From: Elusimicrobiota bacterium
GTDB lineage: Bacteria > Elusimicrobiota > Elusimicrobia > UBA1565 > UBA9628
Direction of reading: 5' to 3'
DNA length: 64,000 nucleotides
Assembly: GCA_027371715.1 (NCBI GenBank)
Contig: DAHXMM010000005.1
Span: forward strand, 133,750 to 197,749
Under the pieces are notes generated by a model. It was not told the DNA's origin, did no database searches, and saw nothing but the letters and a program-made list of their open reading frames with translations. The position numbers were made by a program, and so were the translations under genes. Position 1 is the first letter of the stretch; each line of letters begins with the position of its first letter. Below, in pieces: positions 44,767 through 52,396 of this stretch.

Positions 44767-46203
44767 ATGAGCGATAGATTGGGCGGTATATTGAGGAATC
44801 TGCGCAAGCAGAAAGGAATAGGGCTAAAGCAGTTGTCAAAAACCCTAAAGGTGGACCGGGCGCACCTCAGTCGAATAGAATCCGGGAAGGTCGTTCCCTC
44901 GGACGTCCTGCTCCGCCGGATCGGCCGCCGCTTGGGCGGAGATATGGAACTTCTGACCATCCTTGCGGGCCGTCTTCCGAAAGATATTCAGAATTTGTTC
45001 ATCGAGAAACCGAAGGAGGTCGTGTCCTATTTACGGCAAGTCGCCGCGTTTAATGGGCATAGCTTGTTCGCGGAGAACGGCAACGGCTTTCATCCTAACG
45101 GGCGCCGGAAATACCGCGTGATCGATCTGTTTTCGGGAGCCGGCGGCTTTACTCTCGGCCTCGCCAAGACCGAACGGTTCGAGCCCGTCTTTGCCAATGA
45201 CTTTAACCGTTTTGCAGTGGATACCTATAACCATAACTTCGGCGATCACTGCGTCGGCGGGGATATCAATGCTCTGCTTGAGCATCGCGATCTGAAGTTG
45301 CCTGCCGCCGATCTGGTAGTAGGGGGGCCGCCGTGCCAGGGTTTCAGCTTGTTGAACAAGAAACGCGAGGGAGATCCTCGAAAAGAGCTTTGGCGCGCGT
45401 ATATGACGGTAGTGGAGCGGGTGAAGCCGCTTGCGTTCGTAATGGAAAACGTTCCCGAATTGCTTCCCTCCCAAGAATTCGCGGAGATTCGAAAGATATC
45501 GGCGAAGATGGGTTATCAATTGGATTACGCGGTCTTAAACGCCGCCGACTACGGCGTTCCGCAACGCCGCCGCAGAGCCATCGTCATCGGATGCAGAGTT
45601 GCAAAGCCCAAGTTGCCGCTTCCGACGCATTTCAACCCGGCAAAGAGCGACGATCTCTTCAGGACCGGTCTCCTTCAGTGGGAATCGGTTGGACGGGCTA
45701 TCGGAGACCTCCCCGATCCGGAAGGCATTGAGGTACGCGTCGGCGAGGTCAATCCGCCGATGGACCTGCATTTCGGCCGCACTCCTATGCCGTCGAGCCT
45801 CCAAAGATATCGTTGCATCCCCGAGGGGGGAAACCGATTCGATCTCCAAAAAAAGCGTCTTGACCTCACTCCCAAATGTTGGATCAGGAAAAAATCGGGC
45901 GGGACGGATTTGTTCGGGCGTTTGTGGTGGGACAAGCCGGCGTTTACGATCCGCACCGAGTTCTTTAAGCCCGAAAAGGGGAGATACCTGCATCCGCGGC
46001 AGCATCGGCCGATCACTCATCGCGAGGCGGCGAGACTCCAGAGCTTCCCCGACGATTTCATTTTCCGGGGAACAAAAACGGAAATCGCCCGTCAAATCGG
46101 CAATGCGGTCCCTCCGCTTCTCGGCCGTCGCATCGGCGAAGCGGTCGCGGCAACTTTAGATTCGGCGAGCGTCTCGATATATACCGAGACCGTCGTTGCT
46201 TGA
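44767..46203 (+). CDS. DNA (cytosine-5) methyltransferase with an N-terminal XRE-type HTH
   Basis: HTH LRKQKGIGLKQLSKTLKVDRAHLSRIESGK. Motif I DLFSGAGGFTLG, motif IV GGPPCQGFS, motif VI FVMENV, motif VIII QRRRRAIVIG, motif X QIGNAVPP. GGGAGGG lies 6 nt upstream of ATG 44767. Confidence 0.9.
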   Translation: MSDRLGGILRNLRKQKGIGLKQLSKTLKVDRAHLSRIESGKVVPSDVLLRRIGRRLGGDMELLTILAGRLPKDIQNLFIEKPKEVVSYLRQVAAFNGHSLFAENGNGFHPNGRRKYRVIDLFSGAGGFTLGLAKTERFEPVFANDFNRFAVDTYNHNFGDHCVGGDINALLEHRDLKLPAADLVVGGPPCQGFSLLNKKREGDPRKELWRAYMTVVERVKPLAFVMENVPELLPSQEFAEIRKISAKMGYQLDYAVLNAADYGVPQRRRRAIVIGCRVAKPKLPLPTHFNPAKSDDLFRTGLLQWESVGRAIGDLPDPEGIEVRVGEVNPPMDLHFGRTPMPSSLQRYRCIPEGGNRFDLQKKRLDLTPKCWIRKKSGGTDLFGRLWWDKPAFTIRTEFFKPEKGRYLHPRQHRPITHREAARLQSFPDDFIFRGTKTEIARQIGNAVPPLLGRRIGEAVAATLDSASVSIYTETVVA

Positions 46204-46211
46204 CGGCATAA

Positions 46212-46658
46212 ATGGCGGATATTTTCTCGAAGAAAAAACGTTCCGCCATTATGGCGTTGATTCGAAACAAACATACCGCACCTGAGAAGGCTCTCAAGCG
46301 GCGGCTGCGCGCACAAGGCGTTAGATACCGCAGTCAGTGCTCGCGCCTCCCCGGCACTCCCGATATCGTTTTGCCGGAGGCCAAGGTCGCCGTGTTTATT
46401 AACGGATGTTTTTGGCACGGACACAAGGGCTGTCGCCGGAGCAAGCTTCCGACTACGAACGTCAAGTTCTGGAAGCGTAAGATTGCAAAGAACGTCGCGC
46501 GGGATCGCGCCGTAACGCGGAAGCTCAGGGCGATGGGTTGGAAGGTGAGGGTTTACTGGACGTGTAAAAGGTTGTCCGAGGTTGTTCCCGTCGTGGCGCG
46601 GGCAAATTATTCCAAGGCGCATAACCCCGGAAGCGGGGACGGCCAACGGTCGCCATGA
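46212..46658 (+). CDS. vsr: very-short-patch repair endonuclease
   Basis: Close in pattern to E. coli Vsr: MADIFSKKKRSAIM..., LPGTPDIVLPEAKVAVFINGCFWHGH, FWKRKIAKNVARDR, GWKVRVYWTC. Confidence 0.9.
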   Translation: MADIFSKKKRSAIMALIRNKHTAPEKALKRRLRAQGVRYRSQCSRLPGTPDIVLPEAKVAVFINGCFWHGHKGCRRSKLPTTNVKFWKRKIAKNVARDRAVTRKLRAMGWKVRVYWTCKRLSEVVPVVARANYSKAHNPGSGDGQRSP

Positions 46659-46713
46659 GGAAGGCCTGATATCCGCCGCAACTCAGATTCATATTTTTGA
46701 ATTGAGGCAAAAG

Positions 46714-47355
46714 TTAGGCTTTGTCTTCAATGACAAATTGATTGACAGGGACTTCCCCGGCAACTTCCAAGAACTTTCCGATGTCTGTGAAGAATAGCAA
46801 TTGCGCTGTTCCAATTTCGCTCTGCAGATGGGGATGAAGAATGCCGCCGGACTCTTTGGCGCAATATGCGGTACGATCATTGGAAATAAACGCAGTGTCC
46901 ACATTCTTATTCCGGACATGATTCCGCACGCTTAGCCAAATCGTCCCATCTCGAAATCCGTTTCCCTTCACGTCGAACGGCGGTAGGCGTTTGATTGCTC
47001 GATTCTGAAGGTCCTCCAAGGCACCAGCTCCCGGATTTGGCAAGAATCGAACTCGTCCTTGAATTAGAAGTTCCTCCCAGCGAGCGAGATAGGCAGGGGC
47101 GTCGGTTTCACCAGAAGGTAATTCGACCTCGATTTCTTGTCCTATTAAGCGTCCCAGCTTCGCTGCGGCGGATACAATATTACCTCGATATTTGTCGCAA
47201 TGCTGCAAGTGGTTCGAGATGCATTCCTTCTTGACCACCTCCGGCACTAGCATGACGCAGCTAGATTTTTTAAGGTGTGTCCACAGCTGCTGCCAAATCT
47301 GTGACCTCATCATGGGGTCAGAAAAGATTATGTTGCTGTCGACGATGATATCCAC
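46714..47355 (-). CDS. PIN-like nuclease-fold protein (DUF4935-type); third gene of the orphan operon
   Basis: MDIIVDSNIIFSDP (N-terminal acidic DxN), LVPEVVKKE, GNGFRDGTIWLSV and AFISNDRTAY follow the PIN-like pattern I associate with DUF4935. The GTG start (47353-47355) overlaps the upstream TAG by 1 nt. Confidence 0.6.
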   Translation of the reverse strand: MDIIVDSNIIFSDPMMRSQIWQQLWTHLKKSSCVMLVPEVVKKECISNHLQHCDKYRGNIVSAAAKLGRLIGQEIEVELPSGETDAPAYLARWEELLIQGRVRFLPNPGAGALEDLQNRAIKRLPPFDVKGNGFRDGTIWLSVRNHVRNKNVDTAFISNDRTAYCAKESGGILHPHLQSEIGTAQLLFFTDIGKFLEVAGEVPVNQFVIEDKA

Positions 47356-50300
47356 TAGATCTCGGCCTCGACCTCTGCGTCTTCGCGTCGAGCTTGTTTG
47401 GTATAGTAGGTTGCGATGCGCTGGAGAACTGTTGCCGTCCTCGGCCAGCGGGACTGTGCCTTCAAAGCGTAGGCTTCATATCGCTTTGCCAGTTCGCGCT
47501 CCTGCCGTCCTCCGTCAGTCGGAGACTTGTAATAGATGCCGCGTTTGTTGATAATTCCCGTCCTCAGACCCTGCTCAATATCTGTAGAATTCGCTTCTTC
47601 TAGGATGTCGCGAACGGGCTGGCAGGGCCACGAACCATCAGAATCTTCCTGAGCATAGGCAAAGACCTTTCCAATCATGATGTCGCATACTTCGATCCGG
47701 TCGACTTCCGTAGCCTTTTTCCGGGCCTCTCGGACCCAAGTTAAAAGCGCGGGGGTATCAACAGAGCCGTCGTCTCTTGCGCCCGGTAGTCGCTTCCAGT
47801 CGCCAAGCAGAATGGCAGCCCGCTGAACCTGTTCTTTCTTATCCTCTGGCAGCTCGACATCTTTGCTCTTGTCTCGGTGTTTTGGTAGGAAGTTAAGAAT
47901 CAACATGTCGACGAAGAACGCCGGATCATGGGAGAGTTTGTGTTCAAGCGCGCGTGGGACCATCTGTCCGCGTAGACCCGGCAACAGCAACCACTCGAGC
48001 GTCGCCATCCGCGAGCCGTCGACATCTCTCGCATTCTGCAACTCTCCAAAAACGTCCTCGACCATCGACGCGTGCAACGGCCGCCTCTCTGTCGATAAGG
48101 TTTGGAGCGTCAGTTCAAATAGGTCGAGGAGCTTGGGGCCGGGCAGAGCGACTTTCCGCGTCGTGGCCATGCCAAGCACATCGAGCGCGGAAGCCGAACG
48201 TCCGACCGACACGAGTTTCCGGACGATGTATTCGACATCATCCGGCCCGCCTTGGACGAACGGCCGGGCCATGCACCAATACTCTGCTTCGACGGACTCC
48301 CCTAGGGTGGCGACGAACTCCCAGGTAGCCTTTTCATGCGGAAGGAACTCCAAAACAATAGCGGCCTGCTTCGGCTTCCAGCCACTCAGGGGTAACCCCT
48401 TTATCCAATCCCACCCGCCTATTGATGCACGGCGCTCCGCGAATCCCCGCGCAAATCCCTCCAGGGGAGAATCACCGCAATCGAGAAGTGTGGGGAGAAT
48501 CTCGGCGTCGTACTTGTCGGCGGCGGCATCGACGAGCGCGACTCCAACGGCCCAGGGCTCGCCTGCCGAGCGCGCCAGATTCTTAACAGACTCATACCCG
48601 TGTTGCTGGACCAACTCCTTGACGCATTCTGCTCGTCGCTTCCGAGTCAGAGCCTCTTGGTCCGACCAAGACAAGGAGTCATCGCCAATGAGGTCCAATC
48701 CATTTTTAAATAGAGGCAGGGCACGCTCGACCGGATCAGCAGGCTTGAATAGATTGACAATCACCTCAAGTCGCTCAAGAACCGGTTGCCTGATCGCCCA
48801 CATGGCTTTCTTAAAGTATCTGTGGCGCTGAACCTCCTCCCTGAGGCCGAGCCAAATCTTTAGGCGCAACTCTCCAGGAAGTTCCAGTTTGGCCGTGGCT
48901 TCCATTGCAGAAATTGCGCGCTCAAGTTCCGCTGGTGGATAGTTGGCAAAGTGTTTGAAGATGTCAAGCCACTTCTCGGGCTCTTTTTCGCTAGCCGCGA
49001 TCGCTTTGTTTATGTAAGTGATTGTCACGCGGGAGTAGTCTCCACGGGTCACGTTGCGCTTCCACTTTTCGGCCCAATACCTCCATTCAGGTAGGGAACG
49101 GCCAGAGATCGTGCCCATTTGTTCCGGCAGCAGTTTCAACAACAGTTGCCAACCGACCTTCGGGAAGCGCTCGAGGAGCAACCCAACAACATCCACCTGT
49201 TGATCGGGCGTCGCAGTGGTGTGGGGCAACCATGGGCAAAATATATCCCTCAGGCTCGCGTCCGGCCGGTTTGCCCATTTGCCGCCGGGATCGCGTTGCG
49301 CGAGGTGAGCCAGCACAATGGCGGCTCGGGTCAAATGTTCAGGAGCCCAAGCGACTCTCTCGAGCGCCCACAGGATCCCGGTATGCTCGGGACGACCCGT
49401 TAAGCTATCGCCTTCTTCGGCGAAGAGTTTGGGTAGTTGAGGATCCGCGCTTCCCAAATCGATCTCGGCGACATGGAGAAAGATATCGGGGGCAGCCTCG
49501 GCGAGCGTCGATAGTAAGTGCCCTAGGGATGCCCACCGTCGCCATGAGGCATCTTTGGTTAAGATGATTCGCACCGTGCGGCTGACCCTGTCGCACAACG
49601 GCATCGTGTCGGCGACCTGCTCGTTGGACTCGCGTGTTGCAAGTAAGGCCAAACTCTGGGACAAGCCACGGCGAATAGCCTCGGAATGCGGGAGTAGCTT
49701 GCCATGCACACTGGCCATCCAGCGATCCTCTCGCTCCAACTCTAGGCGCGGATCGTCTGCCGCTAGTGCTGCCACAGCGGCGTCTTCAAACGCGGACAGA
49801 TGCCCAGGTGTCAGGGCCTTCGCCAAGAATTTCCACGCGTCTTGGGCCGAGACAAATTCCCATTCGCCGTTCGCCCACCGCACGGGGGTATCGGCTTCCT
49901 CTCTCCACTTGTTTAGCGTCTTGAGCACATCCGCGTATGGCCGCCCAGAAACCTTCTCAACGATCGCCTGGTCGGCTACCGAGCTATCCTCCCAGGCGCC
50001 TACCAGCAGTAAGGGGGCAAGTTCTGTTGCAGCATCGCCTGAAGTCCACTTGGGAGCCTTTATGTTTGGGACGGTGGACATCTGGCGCTTCAGGATCGAG
50101 AACGAGCCACCCGAGTGCTGAGCGCTCACATGGGCCTCTTGTTCCGACATACCTGATTCGCTCAGAACTTTCTCGAGTTCGTATCGGTTCATCCTCTCGA
50201 GTTTATGGGTTTGCCTCCCATCGGGGGACAAGGCAGAGAGCGGGGACAGGACGAAATGCCCTTTGCGATCGGCTTCCGCCAGCAATTCCTGCGATAACTC

Positions 50301-51122
50301 GAGCTGTTCCGCCCGGATTAGGATCAAATCTTGCCCCGAGTCTAGTAGCTGTCGCCATGAATCGGCCTGTTCAACGATGATCGCGCGGCTTGCCACCGTA
50401 GCCTGCTGTTCTCCCGAAAGTGAAGCTACCCAGGCAGCGAAAACGTCTACGACCTCCTGAGGCGACTCAGCTCGAATTGAAAGGAAGTTGGGCTTTTGGC
50501 TCAACCAGTCCTTAATCGCGCTGACAGTCGACGTGCGTGAGACTAATAGTGCCTGTGGAGGCAGGAGGGGCTTCATACTCGCCTGCAGATTGTTCCAATG
50601 CGATGAGATATCAGTGAGACCGGACGCGTTCCTACCGAGGAGGCGCATGAACCACAGAGCCACGCTCGGAGACTCTTCAATCCACTGTTCAAGATCGTTC
50701 GAGTCATACACTCGTACGTCTTGCCAAAGCCCAAGATTCTTCTTCTCCTCAGTCCATTCGTGCTTCTTCTGAAAATCTCTTGGTGTGACGGCGATGTAGG
50801 TAGAAGTAACTGCCTCGGCGTTGTTCTTGGTCCTCTTTTCAAAGTCGCTTTCGAGCTTCTCTCGAATCGCTTTGTCGGTTCCAAGCTCCCAAAAAGAGGA
50901 GCCCGATGGCACCTTGGAACTGCCACTCTTCGCCTTCGTCCGCCCGTCAAACCCTGGACGCTGGGCCTCCTCACCGCCAAGAAAGTCGATTAGCTCGAGG
51001 TCGGCCTTCGGAATTGAAACGTGGATTAACCGACGGACAAGTTCCGGGAAGCGAGTTCGCGCGTCGACCGTATCGGCCCAGCGATTCAACTCGACTGCGG
51101 ATATCCATTTAGGGTGTTGCAT
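47355..51122 (-). CDS. 1255-aa protein of unknown function; second gene of the orphan operon
   Basis: Uninterrupted ORF in GC-rich DNA. No Walker A (GxxxxGK[ST]), HNH, HEPN or other catalytic signature found by eye. Predominantly Leu/Ala/Glu/Arg/Trp-rich helical-looking sequence. The N-terminal ~170 aa is a distinct module. Confidence 0.75.
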   Translation of the reverse strand: MQHPKWISAVELNRWADTVDARTRFPELVRRLIHVSIPKADLELIDFLGGEEAQRPGFDGRTKAKSGSSKVPSGSSFWELGTDKAIREKLESDFEKRTKNNAEAVTSTYIAVTPRDFQKKHEWTEEKKNLGLWQDVRVYDSNDLEQWIEESPSVALWFMRLLGRNASGLTDISSHWNNLQASMKPLLPPQALLVSRTSTVSAIKDWLSQKPNFLSIRAESPQEVVDVFAAWVASLSGEQQATVASRAIIVEQADSWRQLLDSGQDLILIRAEQLELSQELLAEADRKGHFVLSPLSALSPDGRQTHKLERMNRYELEKVLSESGMSEQEAHVSAQHSGGSFSILKRQMSTVPNIKAPKWTSGDAATELAPLLLVGAWEDSSVADQAIVEKVSGRPYADVLKTLNKWREEADTPVRWANGEWEFVSAQDAWKFLAKALTPGHLSAFEDAAVAALAADDPRLELEREDRWMASVHGKLLPHSEAIRRGLSQSLALLATRESNEQVADTMPLCDRVSRTVRIILTKDASWRRWASLGHLLSTLAEAAPDIFLHVAEIDLGSADPQLPKLFAEEGDSLTGRPEHTGILWALERVAWAPEHLTRAAIVLAHLAQRDPGGKWANRPDASLRDIFCPWLPHTTATPDQQVDVVGLLLERFPKVGWQLLLKLLPEQMGTISGRSLPEWRYWAEKWKRNVTRGDYSRVTITYINKAIAASEKEPEKWLDIFKHFANYPPAELERAISAMEATAKLELPGELRLKIWLGLREEVQRHRYFKKAMWAIRQPVLERLEVIVNLFKPADPVERALPLFKNGLDLIGDDSLSWSDQEALTRKRRAECVKELVQQHGYESVKNLARSAGEPWAVGVALVDAAADKYDAEILPTLLDCGDSPLEGFARGFAERRASIGGWDWIKGLPLSGWKPKQAAIVLEFLPHEKATWEFVATLGESVEAEYWCMARPFVQGGPDDVEYIVRKLVSVGRSASALDVLGMATTRKVALPGPKLLDLFELTLQTLSTERRPLHASMVEDVFGELQNARDVDGSRMATLEWLLLPGLRGQMVPRALEHKLSHDPAFFVDMLILNFLPKHRDKSKDVELPEDKKEQVQRAAILLGDWKRLPGARDDGSVDTPALLTWVREARKKATEVDRIEVCDIMIGKVFAYAQEDSDGSWPCQPVRDILEEANSTDIEQGLRTGIINKRGIYYKSPTDGGRQERELAKRYEAYALKAQSRWPRTATVLQRIATYYTKQARREDAEVEAEI

Positions 51123-51143
51123 TGGCGAACCCGCTTGTTGGCT

Positions 51144-51782
51144 TTATGCCAAACGAAGCCAAGTGTTGCAGACCGGGCAACGAAACATATTCATGCCTTG
51201 CGGGTGGTGCATCTGAAACGACGATCGGCACTTCCCGCATAGAATTGTCTGGCCCACGGGGCGTTGCGACGCTTTGTTGGAAAGGATTGCGCCGCCAACC
51301 GCTCCTATGACCGCGCCTCCGGGACCGCCCATAAGCGCCCCTGCGCCCGCTCCGGCCGCCGCGGCGGCCAAGACATTTGAATCATCGTAGGACTCGATCA
51401 CCTTCATAATGTAGGCCAAGAAGTTATCATTCTGCGCAAGGACTACGTAGTGCCGCAGGTGCGGCGTGACAACGGAAATCTGCCCCTGTTCGACTTGCTG
51501 TTCGAAAACCCAGATGTCTTTGTTCCCGCTACTCGCAACGCCCGATTCCCAGACAACCCAATCTCGGGTGTAGGGCGTCCGCTCGACGTTTCCGCTGAGC
51601 AGGATGAACGCAGCGTTGGAAAACTGAATATCCTGCTGGATCTTAGTCGTGTTTACGCTGTCGGCAATCAACTTCTCAAGCTCTTCAAATACAAGCTTGA
51701 CCTTGGTCGTGGCCCCAGCTTTCGCGAAAAAGTTGACAAGATCGCGGTCCTTTGCGCTGTGCGAAACAAAAATTTGTGCCAT
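51144..51782 (-). CDS. TIR-like domain protein with a glycine-zipper segment and C-terminal zinc ribbon; first gene of the orphan operon
   Basis: ATG 51780-51782 is preceded by GGAGG (8-nt spacer). MAQIFVSHSAKDRDLV (the FxSHSxxD start typical of bacterial TIR/DUF1863), ...AFILLSGNVERTPYTRDWVVWESGVA (conserved Glu position), AAAAGAGAGALMGGPGGAVIGAVGGAIL (Gly zipper), CGKC...x16...CPVC (Zn ribbon). Confidence 0.6.
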   Translation of the reverse strand: MAQIFVSHSAKDRDLVNFFAKAGATTKVKLVFEELEKLIADSVNTTKIQQDIQFSNAAFILLSGNVERTPYTRDWVVWESGVASSGNKDIWVFEQQVEQGQISVVTPHLRHYVVLAQNDNFLAYIMKVIESYDDSNVLAAAAAGAGAGALMGGPGGAVIGAVGGAILSNKASQRPVGQTILCGKCRSSFQMHHPQGMNMFRCPVCNTWLRLA

Positions 51783-52237
51783 TCGTGTTACCTCCAAGAG
51801 GATGTCCCGCTCTTATCTTAGTTGAAAGCTGTTGAGGCGAGATTTTCATTCTAACTCATTCGTTTGTTTACTGTCCAGTTTCTCTTTGGGAAAGAGTTTT
51901 GACGAGAAACGGCAGGAGCTTGTGCCCCTTGGTACTGCGCCACGATTTCTCCGCCGCGCAAGCTTTTCGCTTGATGCGTCTTTTCCTGCACGAAAGCAAA
52001 TGGCGACTCGGGCGGATTAGTTGTTCTCACGCTCAACTTTATCGGAACCTTCAAGCGGTGAAGTGTCAGTTTTTCCTTTAGTCCCTCATACAAACTCGCC
52101 ACCAACGGATTGATCCGTTCTGATGAGAGTGTAAAAAAAACAAGGTGTTTTTTTAACACTACTCAGGCCCTTCTACCCGGGACAAAATTCCGCTTCCAAC
52201 ACAACGGAAAGCTTCCATTGAGCGTTATTTTAAGATT

Positions 52238-52267
52238 TTCAAATGAAACACTATCGTTTCATTTGAA
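52238..52267. promoter_or_regulatory. 12-bp perfect inverted repeat (operator-like) in the island's longest non-coding gap
   Basis: TTCAAATGAAAC-ACTATC-GTTTCATTTGAA (52238-52249 / 52256-52267), ~130 nt upstream of the RHH-like ORF. No flanking T-run. Confidence 0.5.
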
Positions 52268-52396
52268 GATGTCTTAAAACCCTCGATTTGCCCGTTTTCC
52301 CTCTGAGAAGCCCCATCCGGCTGAAATTTTGGACTTGGCATAAAAATCCATACCAAGAACCGGAAGCTGAATACCGAAATGAAGGGGGAAAAAATC

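Noticed and set aside
45031-46646. ORFs antisense or out of frame to the methyltransferase and vsr genes (45031..45519, 45535..46095, 45599..46159, 45675..46016, 46092..46646).
   Set aside because: The + strand frames carry unmistakable C5-methyltransferase and Vsr motifs. The competing ORFs are Arg/Pro-rich with no motifs and no start context.
47863-50980. Many long ORFs on the + strand or in other frames inside the 1255-aa gene, e.g. 47863..48831 (322 aa), 49022..49567, 49555..50121, 49937..50380 and 50573..50980.
   Set aside because: Their translations are Arg/Ser/Pro/Ala-rich low-complexity strings, typical of shadow frames in GC-rich coding DNA. They all lie wholly within one uninterrupted 3.8-kb ORF that has ordinary protein-like composition.
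51851-52159. 102-aa minus-strand ORF directly upstream of the TIR-like gene, considered as a possible fourth operon member.
   Set aside because: Its GTG start and first ~10 codons are encoded by the A/T-rich palindrome. There is no Shine-Dalgarno sequence and no motif. It is kept only as an open question in the finding on the non-coding gap.
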